IMG/VR virus record: IMGVR_UViG_3300025018_000001
Source: a virus
Lineage: Duplodnaviria > Caudoviricetes
Reading direction: 5' to 3' (one strand)
DNA: 64,000 nucleotides
The notes under the pieces are model-generated. The model did no database searches. It was not told the DNA's origin and was given only the letters and a program-made list of their open reading frames with translations. Positions 17,494-28,700 of the stretch are shown here, in pieces (position 1 is the first letter of the stretch; each line of letters begins with the position of its first letter). The position numbers and the translations under genes were made by a program.

Positions 17494-18626
17494 TAATGTC
17501 GCCTAACAGGAGTTATTAAAGCCTTCTGATTACTAAACTGTGCTGAGTCAAATATTACAGCACTTGTATCATTAGAAAACTGCATAATGACTAAATCATC
17601 CATTATAGCTGTTAGAGTCTGTAATAGATAGGTACCGTTAAGATCAACTATAAAATCACCTGTAAACTTAATGTCTTCGCTATATTCTGCATCAGCAAAA
17701 TCATTCTTTAATGATAACTTATTATTAACTAAAGTTATGGTTAGTCTACTATGATCTTCTTGATCAAGTGACGGAAGTACTGGTGCTAAACTACTTAATA
17801 GTATATTCTTATTTAGTGTAATTGTATGAGTAAAATTCTCAAAAGCTTTTGTATAGTCTGGGTACTCCTCACCTAGTATTAATTGACCATGTAGTACAGT
17901 ATTACTAAATTTAGCTTTTATTTTACCGTTGTCTATACAAAAGAATACGGTACTATCTGTGTCTAATACACGTTTTAATGCGTTAACAAAACTATAGGTA
18001 AGTGTAAAACTACCCTCAAAAAACTTACTAGTGTTAGGTGTTTTATACTCAGATAGTTTTTGTGCGTCAGTACCTGCAAAATATACATAGTCTTTATCGA
18101 AATTTATATTTATACCTTGTAAAAAATTACGTATTGATGAGGGATTAACAGCATACATAACTTTAGACAAAGCTAAACGTAGAGTAGCTGCATTAATTTC
18201 AAATAAACTTTGTGTAAAAGGTGATGGTATTGCAATTTTTTGTGGTGGATATAAACGTAATTTTAATTTATGAGCTGTTTTTTTATTGTTAGCCGCAAGG
18301 CTATCAATTGTAACAGATAGGTCATTCTTAAGTGCTTTGAATTTAACTATCTTAGCTCCCACACCCTCGGATAGATAGGGGAATGCAAAAAGAAAAGAAC
18401 TAAGTTTGCCATATAATATAGCATTAACGCCTACCGTTTTTACGTCACATTTAGGCACTACATGCGTTAGAGATACTAATTTATTACTACAAAGTAGCAC
18501 TAATTCTCCGGTATCTCTAATGTCCATAAACAATTGTCCGTCTGTGTCCTCAGAAGTAGCTTTAGCTACAGCACTAAATAATTTCATGGCTTTCTGAAGA
18601 GACAGTAAATCTACACTAAATTCCAT
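17493..18626 (-). CDS. dnaN: DNA polymerase III beta sliding clamp
   Basis: 377 aa; three-domain clamp pattern, YAVN...R.FLQGINI, YFAGTDAQKLS, GEEYPDY, LNGTYLLQTL, ALITPVR C-terminus. Confidence 0.92.
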   Translation of the reverse strand: MEFSVDLLSLQKAMKLFSAVAKATSEDTDGQLFMDIRDTGELVLLCSNKLVSLTHVVPKCDVKTVGVNAILYGKLSSFLFAFPYLSEGVGAKIVKFKALKNDLSVTIDSLAANNKKTAHKLKLRLYPPQKIAIPSPFTQSLFEINAATLRLALSKVMYAVNPSSIRNFLQGININFDKDYVYFAGTDAQKLSEYKTPNTSKFFEGSFTLTYSFVNALKRVLDTDSTVFFCIDNGKIKAKFSNTVLHGQLILGEEYPDYTKAFENFTHTITLNKNILLSSLAPVLPSLDQEDHSRLTITLVNNKLSLKNDFADAEYSEDIKFTGDFIVDLNGTYLLQTLTAIMDDLVIMQFSNDTSAVIFDSAQFSNQKALITPVRRH

Positions 18627-18670
18627 AATAACTCCTTTTAGTTAATGTTAAAATACTAAATTGTCTGTAT

Positions 18671-18699
18671 AGTATAAGGTATATTTATTGAAATGTCAA
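18671..18699 (-). promoter_or_regulatory. Near-consensus sigma70 promoter heading the replication operon
   Basis: Minus strand TTGACA-17 nt-TATACT (-35 at 18694-18699, -10 at 18671-18676), followed by the AAGGAG RBS of dnaN. Confidence 0.9.
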
Positions 18700-21471
18700 C
18701 TATAAAATTAGTTGCGGGGTGATATTACTTAAAATAAAATCATTGTGAAGAGAGTCACCAACACCTATTATAAAGTAAGCACTTCTAAATGGCACTTCTA
18801 AGTAGTAGAAACCATTATTATCTGTTATAGATGATCCTAGTAAATCACCAGAATTTTGGTCATATACTAAAACCCTTGTGATGTACGTCTTATTATATAT
18901 TGTAGTGTAACCTCTCACAAAATAATTACTAAATTCTATTAGTTCATCTTTTAAACTTCTGTTCATAAATAGCACAGAGTCGCTAGATATTTGATGCTTG
19001 AAAAAAAATACTTCCGATATTTTACCAGTTATGCCTGTCTCTAGGTCACCAAGAATCACAGACGTTTCATTTGTACGTACTCCTTCGGCTGTCTTGAATA
19101 AAAAGCGGGTATCGGAATCACCTAGTAAAGCGTTTAAGTCCGTAAAATTACTAGACACACCTAAAGTATAAGATAGCCAGTCAGAGGATAACGTATAATC
19201 AGGTAATTCTAAAATATGTGTAATATTATTATACCTATACTCCATAGCTAATACATTATTATTACGCGATGAACGTCTGAAAAAAGAGCAATTTTCATTT
19301 GTATAGAAATTTGAAATATAAAAAGAGGTGACCCCACCGGTATTAGACACTCCTTGGGTATTATTAAGAATAATTTTAGTATAAGTTTTTGTGGTTGACC
19401 CCACGGAGTAACCATTATACCAGGCGCCATCATAATAATAAGTATATTTTGTAGTTGTGCCATCATTATATATACGTATCTTACCTGAGAAATAATCTAC
19501 AACACTACCTATATTAACCCCCCATTTTGTTGTAAAAGTTCCTGGGGCTACTTGTTGTATATAAATATATGAAAGGTTATTTGAACGTGTAACACTGAAT
19601 AGATACTCATTTACTTCCCCAACAAAGTGTAACCTGACCCTTATGGCCCAATCATCACTTAAGTTCCCGCCAGTGACATCAAAATCAAAAGAGAAATCAA
19701 AGTCATCACCCACGTAATAGTTAGTTGTAATTCTATTATCTAGATTAGTATCGAATTTAATTCTATTCCCATCTAATGTAGCACCACCTAATAAAATAGT
19801 CCACAAATAAGGGTCTAGTGGATCACCTATAGGTCCAGAAAAATCATCACTTAAACTATCACGGGTTAGTAAGGGTGTTTGTTGATAGTATAAAGACATT
19901 GAAGTTTTAGAATATAAACCTTTGGTCATAATAATATTACCATCATCTATAGTACCGAATATAAGTGCTTGTGAAGTATAACCATAGTTATATCTATGAT
20001 TAGTACCTAGATCTGCCGTACTAGTTAAACTATTAAATTTTATGGCATAGCTTCCTAAATTGTCAGAAGTTATAGATACATTATTTAATGCTAACACAGG
20101 TGAGTTAATATCTGTGGAGTTAACATAACCAAATGAGGGATTAAAGTGGTGTACAGAACTAAACTTATCTTTCCAAACTAGCTGAGAGGGTATTATAGGA
20201 TTTTCAAGCTTTACCGAGTCCACGCGTAGAATACAATATTGACTACTTAACACGCCGCTATATAGTAAAGTGTATAAATTACTAAACTCTTTGTATACAA
20301 ATATACCTGATATATTAGTAAGGTCGTAAGTACCCTGTAAATTAAACTCAGAAAATAAATGAAAATCAGTGAAGGTTTTACCATCCTCAGAAGAAGCATA
20401 ATACATTGTGCCTCCACCAGAGACATTAACTTTTATCCATACGTAATATAAACCATTCTCAAAGTAGGCGAAATTTATATTTATAGTGCTTATAACAACA
20501 TCTATGTCAATAGTGGTTTCATGAAGAAGACCTTGGCGGTTTACCCAAGATATACCATCACTAGACTCAGCATATAATATGGAATAATAATAAGTGTTAC
20601 CTATACCCACACCACTATACCACATTTTATATACAGAACCTTCTGCTATTACACAGGGTGATTGTTTACCGTTACGGGTGTCATAAAAACTAGTGCTATC
20701 TAAACCAGTGCACTCTATAAAATTATACCAAACTTTACCATCTAAAGATTCACAGTAGAAAATTCTATGCCCCAAAGTGGAGTTAGCATTATTACCAGAA
20801 TACCACATCTTAAAGACATCATTCTCAAGAAGTACTGTTCCAGCAGTTTTATATATTCTAGTTTCTGTAGGTACATCATCTACACATATGGTAAAGTTAG
20901 TAAAATTTATTAAATCTAAGGATTCACAATAATAAATAGCACCGTGCCAGTAACCACCTACAACTACCTTACCCATATACCATAATAAATATTTTCCATT
21001 ATGTTTTATAATACTAATAGGTTCTCCGCCGTAAGTATCGTAAACGCTGTAAGATCCGGAAGGTATTAGGGGGTATATAGCTAAGTCACCAGCTTCTGAA
21101 ATATATGAAACATTACTTTCTTTAGTTACATCATAATAAAAATAAAAAACATTTGTATAAGTGGAAGAAACTTCTAGAGGTAGAAACCAGAACAATGCTT
21201 TCTCAGTGACATGATCCCACATATCTAATTCAGCATATAACTGTTTCTCTTCCCCATCTACTATTTGCGAAAAAGCTACTTTTTTTCTGCTAGCGTAACT
21301 ACTACCCGCTATTGCCATATGATTAAATACGTGACAGATATCTGTTTTTGAGAAACCAGATTGATTGGATAATCTAAAAAGTATAGGTACAATTTCAGTA
21401 CAAACCCCCACCCTTTCTATTGGTACAGTAAATTGTAATCTATTGGAATTCTCCCAGCCTGATAAACTCAT
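18700..21471 (-). CDS. Modular virion/tail-fibre protein: DUF2341-like N-terminus, five-bladed beta-propeller, lectin-like module, C-terminal tail-fibre-type beta domain
   Basis: Five repeats of hydrophobic-NGxYKMWYSG type with (Y/F)CESxDGxxW Asp-box-like motifs; C-terminus homologous to the 124-aa neighbour. Confidence 0.7.
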   Translation of the reverse strand: MSLSGWENSNRLQFTVPIERVGVCTEIVPILFRLSNQSGFSKTDICHVFNHMAIAGSSYASRKKVAFSQIVDGEEKQLYAELDMWDHVTEKALFWFLPLEVSSTYTNVFYFYYDVTKESNVSYISEAGDLAIYPLIPSGSYSVYDTYGGEPISIIKHNGKYLLWYMGKVVVGGYWHGAIYYCESLDLINFTNFTICVDDVPTETRIYKTAGTVLLENDVFKMWYSGNNANSTLGHRIFYCESLDGKVWYNFIECTGLDSTSFYDTRNGKQSPCVIAEGSVYKMWYSGVGIGNTYYYSILYAESSDGISWVNRQGLLHETTIDIDVVISTININFAYFENGLYYVWIKVNVSGGGTMYYASSEDGKTFTDFHLFSEFNLQGTYDLTNISGIFVYKEFSNLYTLLYSGVLSSQYCILRVDSVKLENPIIPSQLVWKDKFSSVHHFNPSFGYVNSTDINSPVLALNNVSITSDNLGSYAIKFNSLTSTADLGTNHRYNYGYTSQALIFGTIDDGNIIMTKGLYSKTSMSLYYQQTPLLTRDSLSDDFSGPIGDPLDPYLWTILLGGATLDGNRIKFDTNLDNRITTNYYVGDDFDFSFDFDVTGGNLSDDWAIRVRLHFVGEVNEYLFSVTRSNNLSYIYIQQVAPGTFTTKWGVNIGSVVDYFSGKIRIYNDGTTTKYTYYYDGAWYNGYSVGSTTKTYTKIILNNTQGVSNTGGVTSFYISNFYTNENCSFFRRSSRNNNVLAMEYRYNNITHILELPDYTLSSDWLSYTLGVSSNFTDLNALLGDSDTRFLFKTAEGVRTNETSVILGDLETGITGKISEVFFFKHQISSDSVLFMNRSLKDELIEFSNYFVRGYTTIYNKTYITRVLVYDQNSGDLLGSSITDNNGFYYLEVPFRSAYFIIGVGDSLHNDFILSNITPQLIL

Positions 21472-21482
21472 TGTTATACCTC

Positions 21483-21857
21483 TTATATAATAGGTGTGGG
21501 TACTACGCTTTTGGCCACTATATGGTTATAGTCAGAGTTATCTGACAAACTTACAATAAAACAAGTACCACTAGTAGTAATAGGAAGTGTAAAAACACCA
21601 CTTTGATTATTTGATATACATTGCCCCACTAACCTAAATGATTCACTATCATAGGCGTATATAATAGCTTCTTTAGGCGTACCTTCTAAAGTTACGTCAC
21701 CGTAAAAATAGTGAGTATTTAAAGTTATTTTAACCGGTGTATTAAATTTGTGCAGTATTGACACAGTATAGTCTGCAATATATATTGCATTAGTACCTAC
21801 AAGGGGTGTACTCTCAAGTACACCTATACTATAATCTGCTATCCTAATTTCAGTCAT
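21483..21857 (-). CDS. Small virion protein, paralog of the C-terminal domain of the 923-aa protein
   Basis: G.V...G.P....IYAYD..S..LVG..IS....G.F.LP aligns by eye with GYTT...TRVLVYDQNSGDLLG..ITD..G.Y.LEVP. Confidence 0.65.
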   Translation of the reverse strand: MTEIRIADYSIGVLESTPLVGTNAIYIADYTVSILHKFNTPVKITLNTHYFYGDVTLEGTPKEAIIYAYDSESFRLVGQCISNNQSGVFTLPITTSGTCFIVSLSDNSDYNHIVAKSVVPTPII

Positions 21858-21859
21858 AG

Positions 21860-23509
21860 TTACCCAGAAATAGTTGTAAAACCGAACTCATTTGCCGTTA
21901 TGAATGTGTCTTTCCAGTCTTCTAAAGAGTCTGGTGTTACATCCTGGATAAAACTTAGCATACTGTATTTAGTTGTAGGTAGTATTGAACCACTGTTAGT
22001 TGTATTACTACCACTAACCATAGTAGATGTCAAGTATAAGTCAACGCCCATATCTTTTTTTGCTATTATGTCACTACTTAGTGCCAGTATATTAGTTATA
22101 CCTGAAGGCACTGATAACATATAAGTATCTGTACTACCTAGACTACTAGAGTAAATATATTTAGAGCCAGCCTCTTCAAGTAGTTGCCATTCAATGTATA
22201 ACTTAGGTGAGTTAACGTGGTAAGAATCATTATTGGCTTCGTAAGCAGTATAACCTACCCTTATATAAGAATAGTTGGTGTCTACATAATGTAGGTCTAT
22301 TACAGCCAAAATACTATTATTGTTTTGTTGCCAATCAGGTAAATCAACTAGTTCTTGTAGTGATGCTTTTATATCTCTATTTGCTATATTGCCCTGCTGA
22401 GGTATTTTTGTTTTATTATAAGTAAACTTTCTACTTAACAGGTCAGCACTAGAGGTAATTTGCGTAACAGGTGTACCAGACTTTTCAAAAAAAATTAGCT
22501 GCTCATTTATATCATCCTCACTAATTATCTCAGTAGGGTTTACTAGTAAGTAAGCATTAGTAATTTTGGCATTTTTAGGTATATTAATATTTGAGAACCT
22601 GAACCAGTAGTAACAACTTCTAGTGTTTGTGTCCATATATATTGAAGCTACACTAGGAACCATGACCGATGTATTATTGAATACCCAGTCCGCACCAGAA
22701 CCATTTCTTACGTAACTACCATCATCTGCACCACTGTATTCATAATAGGTACTATTATAAGTTTGGGTGTTAATAGGGTATACTGTATTAGTAATAATAC
22801 TAGCATTACTAGTACCAGAGTAAGTTGCTTCAGGAAGGAATTGTTGTGAACTTCCACCAGTTAATACGGGTAAAGTAGAAACGGTACAGTTACCTAAAAA
22901 TGTATTATTCTTTGTACCTAAAGTGTTTAAAATATACAAATCTTCTATGTATGCAAAGTCATCAGAAGATAAGGAGCTTACATTTTTACCTATTTTAATA
23001 TTATTGACTAGGTGTGGTGTAGTAGTTATGGTGTTTAAAGAGGTTAAACTTAGTATAGCTACCTCATTTATATGAATATCCAATGTGCCCTGTGTATCAC
23101 TAAACTTAATTTTAATCTCTATATAGGCCCATTTATTTAATATGAAGCCTTGGTTAAATCCGTAGTTATTGTATATATCATCAGTATACCAATATATACC
23201 TGAGGCCATAATAACTATTCTACTTTGTATGTCATTATTATAACAAAAATATATAGTAAACTGGTCAGTTACATCTTTTACACGCACTAATGCAAAACCA
23301 ATTACAAGTTCATCGTAGGCATCATCCAGATTTTGTTGTATAAAATCATCCTCTGGTTCAGAGTAGGAACATTCCAAGGCTAATACATTACCTCCTCTTC
23401 GGCCAAAAGATCCCTCTTTCACATACATACTACAATTAGCAGTGCGCTCTTGCCATTTAAGTGGTAAGTGTAAGTAATTTTTAAAACTATCAAAAAATAA
23501 AAGAGACAT
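21860..23509 (-). CDS. Virion structural protein with lectin-like domains
   Basis: MSLLFFDSF start, W.YIEIKIK...G.LDIHINE ConA-like pattern, T/S/N-rich; lies in the tail block. Confidence 0.6.
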   Translation of the reverse strand: MSLLFFDSFKNYLHLPLKWQERTANCSMYVKEGSFGRRGGNVLALECSYSEPEDDFIQQNLDDAYDELVIGFALVRVKDVTDQFTIYFCYNNDIQSRIVIMASGIYWYTDDIYNNYGFNQGFILNKWAYIEIKIKFSDTQGTLDIHINEVAILSLTSLNTITTTPHLVNNIKIGKNVSSLSSDDFAYIEDLYILNTLGTKNNTFLGNCTVSTLPVLTGGSSQQFLPEATYSGTSNASIITNTVYPINTQTYNSTYYEYSGADDGSYVRNGSGADWVFNNTSVMVPSVASIYMDTNTRSCYYWFRFSNINIPKNAKITNAYLLVNPTEIISEDDINEQLIFFEKSGTPVTQITSSADLLSRKFTYNKTKIPQQGNIANRDIKASLQELVDLPDWQQNNNSILAVIDLHYVDTNYSYIRVGYTAYEANNDSYHVNSPKLYIEWQLLEEAGSKYIYSSSLGSTDTYMLSVPSGITNILALSSDIIAKKDMGVDLYLTSTMVSGSNTTNSGSILPTTKYSMLSFIQDVTPDSLEDWKDTFITANEFGFTTISG

Positions 23510-23512
23510 AAA

Positions 23513-25681
23513 TTATTCCTTCCAAAAATCTTCTGCTTGAATATGTGTCCAGTTCATATTATTATATGAACCTGGTGATACATAAGTAGGGTCATCGAAT
23601 TTAAAGTGTATATTAGTAGCTGTAGGTGCTTCATAAGCCTTACCTACTATAAGCGCAGTTAGATTATTAGTATCCTTATACAATTTAGGTGTAATATACG
23701 CATCCAAAAGCTTAAAATTATTTAATATTCCTGTTATTGTAGCTTTACAGGAAAGTGACCAATGATTAATCCTTTTAACTTTTATATTAGCTTGTAGATC
23801 AGTTGAAGGGAAGGTGGTGGCAATTATAGATACCTCTAAATCTCTATGTCTACTAGTAGCTACCCTATCAATTAAGTCATTAAGTGCTTGGTCAAACGTA
23901 TCATAATTTTTAAGATTAAACACAAATAGTTTCTTGACTTTAATTCTTGAGTTGAGTTTATTAGGATCATTAGAGAAACCTAGCACCTGTACTTTCCAAG
24001 TACGTTCTCTATTAACTTTGTATACTTTATTTTCATTGGGCACATAAAAGAAATGATAGTCCTCATCAGAATTTGTAAAAAACATCATTTCTACAAACCT
24101 TCTCCAACGCTCACCAAAACGATCTAAATTTATAACTACCTCTAGAGTTTTAGGGTTGACCCAATTCGGTACAGTAGTAAAATTAGCTAAAGGTTTAGCA
24201 GTTATCTGAGCACTTATATCACGAGAGTATAATATACCAGTAATAGTAGCTCTTAATATATTAGTAGACCGGTTACCTAGGAGCATAAGGGTATCTAATA
24301 CCTTATGACTACCTTTTTTAGGCGTGCTATGTATACCAAAAGTTACGAAAGGAGGTGTTGCATCATATACATTACTTGTAATACTTGTGTAGTTAGCTTG
24401 TACGTAGTCAGCTGCATTAATGTAAGCAGCAAGGTCGATAACGTTGTCAGCAGCGCCGCCATACCACCCTATGATAAAAGCACTCAAATCAAGTCTCTTT
24501 ATGGTGTATAGATATGCAGGTAAATCAACAAAGCTGGATTTTAGACAGTTGTAATTAACAACAGCCCTTAAATCCTTATGTTCAAATAAAGATATTGATA
24601 TAATTCTCTTTATATTAATAGTTTTTGGCACTATCTCAGCTAATAAGTCTAGATACTTACCTGTAGCTACTATGTAAGCTAGAAAAGAAGCTGAGCCTAT
24701 GGATGTTATATACGCAGCTATATCTCTTGTAGAAAAACCTTGTATATTAGCGGGTAAATCAAAAAACATATCCTGTGCCTTCATACCATATACATAAGCT
24801 GGAAGGTCTCTAGGACGTACTGCACGTATACTTGAAGGCAAGTCATATGGTTGATAACCGACAATAGTTATAGCGTTTAAATCTGCCTTTGCATAACCAT
24901 GTAAAGTGGCTTGTAAGTCTACTGGCGCAACACAGGCTAAATACGCGGATAAATTTTTAGATACTCTAAAGTAACCAGAGAAAATAGTAGCTTGTAAATC
25001 TGCCGTTGAAAATGCACCAATCATTGCAGCTAAATCACTTATATGCCAACTAGTTATATAAGAATTTAAATTTTTATTACTTTTAATTGTAACCTTACCA
25101 AAAGTAGCTGCCAAATCTAGATTACCTTTGAATAACGTACCTGATATGCTCGCTGTAATATCTCTTGTTTCAATTATGTTAAAGAATGCGTGTAAGTCTA
25201 CAGCTGGAATAGTCTGTACTACAGATAATATATCCGCATAACTATGTCGTAGAGCTTTGATTCCTGCGGGTAAATCAAAAAATATATCGGTATCACCAAT
25301 AATGTCCGCGTATAAATCTGTATAGCTACTATACCATAGTTTACCTGTGGTTATAAATGCACCTAAGTCTCTAATACCTCCAAAAAGACAAGGTAACTCT
25401 AATACTTGTACACCTGTATCGCTATAACCAACAACAACTTGTCTGCAGCTTTTGACATATGTGTAAGTAGAATCTTGAAACAATGGCCAAACTTCTAAAG
25501 AAGCCTCTAAGTCTGCTGTACCATGTTCATAAAACTGCATGATTTCAATATAAGCCTGTAAATCACTAGTACTATACGCGGCGGCTAAGAAATCAATATT
25601 TACAAAATCAGGAGGTGTGTATCCCTCCTCAGTAAAATCAAATAGTACGTTTTTCCCTTTGGGAGGGCGATAACTAACCAT
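23513..25681 (-). CDS. Repeat protein with ~25-30 DLxAxI repeats, probable virion fibre
   Basis: Repeats such as DLQAYI, DLEASL, DLPAGI, DLAAMI, DLQATI, DLPAYV, DLSAFI; related YxPPxGxNxxFxF motifs at both termini. Confidence 0.7.
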   Translation of the reverse strand: MVSYRPPKGKNVLFDFTEEGYTPPDFVNIDFLAAAYSTSDLQAYIEIMQFYEHGTADLEASLEVWPLFQDSTYTYVKSCRQVVVGYSDTGVQVLELPCLFGGIRDLGAFITTGKLWYSSYTDLYADIIGDTDIFFDLPAGIKALRHSYADILSVVQTIPAVDLHAFFNIIETRDITASISGTLFKGNLDLAATFGKVTIKSNKNLNSYITSWHISDLAAMIGAFSTADLQATIFSGYFRVSKNLSAYLACVAPVDLQATLHGYAKADLNAITIVGYQPYDLPSSIRAVRPRDLPAYVYGMKAQDMFFDLPANIQGFSTRDIAAYITSIGSASFLAYIVATGKYLDLLAEIVPKTINIKRIISISLFEHKDLRAVVNYNCLKSSFVDLPAYLYTIKRLDLSAFIIGWYGGAADNVIDLAAYINAADYVQANYTSITSNVYDATPPFVTFGIHSTPKKGSHKVLDTLMLLGNRSTNILRATITGILYSRDISAQITAKPLANFTTVPNWVNPKTLEVVINLDRFGERWRRFVEMMFFTNSDEDYHFFYVPNENKVYKVNRERTWKVQVLGFSNDPNKLNSRIKVKKLFVFNLKNYDTFDQALNDLIDRVATSRHRDLEVSIIATTFPSTDLQANIKVKRINHWSLSCKATITGILNNFKLLDAYITPKLYKDTNNLTALIVGKAYEAPTATNIHFKFDDPTYVSPGSYNNMNWTHIQAEDFWKE

Positions 25682-25785
25682 TAACTTTACCTTTGTAGTT
25701 AAGTAAGTTTTTAATAATATATTTATAAATGTTCATCTAATATGAAACCTCGTTTACTTAAATTAAATATTAAAAACTATAATAA

Positions 25786-28700
25786 CTAGTCAGTTTCTGC
25801 TATATCCCACCATACTTTTATTCTTGTATCCAGTTGGGTTATATTACCCGCTGGTATATTAGATCGTATAAAAAATGGTTTACTTTTTTGTGGTTGAATA
25901 TCTGTAATCTGTATAGCAGGGGCCATATAAATACCAACAACAGTTGGTGTAGAAGTAGCATCAAAATTCCATAAGGTTACCCTTGCTTGAGTATATTTAC
26001 TTTTAGTTAAAAAATAACCGTCTTTATCCACCTCCTTCCATGGTAATAAAGTACTGTTTGTTGCCCAAAGACTCTCTTCAGGTCTAGGTATTAATTTAGG
26101 GAGTGTTATATCACTCTGTTGGAATTCTATATCAAACGTAAATAATCTCGGTGTATATGTTTCCATATACGCACTTGTTGTAAAATAGTCTGTATAAAAC
26201 TTAGTCCAAACAATGGCTTTAGTTGCTAAAGAAACATAACGCATACGCTTTAAAAGTGTAGAATATACAACTACACCGAATTTGCCACCACTTAACTTAT
26301 CATCACTAGCAAAATTTTTTATATTCATAGTTAAATTACCATATTTATCATAATGACTAACTTCCTGGGAAACACCAAAACTTAAGGTGTAAAAACCTCC
26401 AACTGTGTCTGAGGATATTACTTTTATGGATGATGTTATAGGTATCATAACTATTAACTCGCCAGAACTACTATAATTTTTTATGGCTTTAGTGTTATCT
26501 AGCTCGGCATGGTCTACAACCCAACACCCACCATCTTCGTCAGCGCACACCGCTAGGGGTTCTAATATATTTACCACAGTTTCGGTTTCTGCTAAATTAT
26601 TTAGATGTACCAATGCCTTTGTTACATTACTTATATACCAAACACTGTTAGTATTAAAATCTGTTGCTAACCCACAAAGGCCGTCCACGATAACTTCAGA
26701 TATAAGTATACAGGCACTATTAAAATGCTTTAGAAGTTTGTTTACAGCATCGTAGGACCAGAAGCCACCAGAAACATCAAAGTCACAGAAGTCTGTAGTA
26801 CCAAAATAAGCTGTATTCGTTGCAAAAGCTTTACTTACAACCAATTCACCACCAAAATTAAATATAAAAACATTAGAATTGGCAGATTGAGCTATATGCG
26901 CGGATATAGATAGTTGGTAGCCTGTGCGCCTGGAAATTGCCGAGCCATACGTATATACCGTTGATGTGTTTGAAATGGTCAGGGGTATAAAAGAAGTAGC
27001 TGCAGTATTATTATTATACTCTACTCTAAAATATGTTGAGTATGAATTTGCTCTAGCAAGCCAGAAAACATGATCTACCGGTAATGGTGACATATCACTA
27101 CTTCTAACTTCTATAATACCATCCTGTATATCTTTATACTTACTGACATTAGTAGTGCCAATGTTAGATAATACAGGTATTCTCAAATAACTTGCTTTAT
27201 TAGCGTCAGGCAGTGCGAATATAGGAGTAGTATAGTTACCTGTAATGTGTGTTAAATTTGCTATACTATTATTTAGTGTTTGTGGTAAGTTATACCCAAA
27301 AACAGCGTGTATATCCGTAATACCTGTGAGTATTAGTACAGATTCATCACCATGTGCGTCTAATGGTTCTAGCACTACCATTTTGTTAACTATACCAGTT
27401 TTTGTAGGTATATTAACAGGTAGTGTATCTAATTCATCGGTCGATAAGTTGTATCTATATATTTTACCGTTATACTGTGCAGACTGGAAATATAAATTAT
27501 CATTATAGAAACAAAAAGCCATATCCATATTTTGCGCCATGATTCTATTACCGAAGTTAAAAAAAGAGCTATACCAAGTATCAGTTAATACATCATACAT
27601 TTCAATATAAAAATTATTGTTTTGGATACTTTCAGCGTGTAGAACATATATACGATCTCGTATATCATCATAAACTAAGTGATTAACATTAGCTCCTAAA
27701 CTTGAGAGGAAGAAGTTATTACTAACTGGTGTTAATGCTGCTGTAGCTTCATTTAGTTTATATAACTGTCTAGCAGCATCACCTTGATAAACACCATGGC
27801 ATTTTATCCAAATGTTACCTTTAAAATCACCTACCATAAAGTAGTAATAGGTAGAAGTGAACGTGATAGTAAATGTTTTAAATACCGATAAATTTGCTAA
27901 ACTTCCTGTCATGCTATGTTTTAAAATAGTTCTAGTCGCGCCGGACTCGGAGATAACACCTAAAAAATACACGGCAGTATCAGAGCAACCCATGGAAAAT
28001 GTGTCTGTATCCCATAAAGCACTCACAAGGGCGCCTCTAAACGTCCAAGTATTTAACTGTACATCATAACACCAAAGGTTAATAGGAGATCCTTTAGAAG
28101 TAATACCTGGCCAGAAAGCGACATATAACTTTTTATGAACTTTATCATAAGCGGTACATCTTACAACACCAAAAGGTGACTTAGGGAATGTACTATCAAC
28201 TACTGGGAGAATACCAATATAAGTCTCACTTAAATGTTCATATACTGTAGGTTTAGATAAAACCAGCACTGCTCCATCGGATGTATTAGAGACTTTGGTA
28301 TTATTATGTGTTCCTCTAGACCAACTATTTTTTATAATGTCACCCTCAGAGAGGTTATAAAATGGGCCGTTACTTTCTGCAGCTATATCAACATAAAAAT
28401 CCCCTTGTTGCCCTGTATAATCTACACATACATAAGCGTTGGCTGGCTTATCACCTGAGGTATCGTTATAGATATCAATAGCTTGAACTTCACCAACAAC
28501 ACCTTCTGGAGTGTCCTCTATAAAGGTATCCGTAAGACTACCATCTGCGCCAAAAGCTACAATGTTGTCATTATTCAGAACCTGTAATTCATGTAGGAGC
28601 ATATTAGTACCACTTACAACACATCGAATATATCTTGGTGCACTAGGATTAGGTACTGTACCGACATAAGAAACTGCTGATACTGTTTTTGAACATACAC

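Noticed and set aside
296-18626. Inteins or introns in polA, dnaB, recA, dnaX
   Set aside because: All have normal lengths and contiguous motifs, with no C...HN splice signatures.
25720-25727. T4-like late promoter TATAAATA upstream of the 722-aa gene (also at 10427-10434)
   Set aside because: Only one intergenic instance, not seen before other structural genes, and easily expected by chance in such AT-rich DNA; the second copy is inside a coding region.
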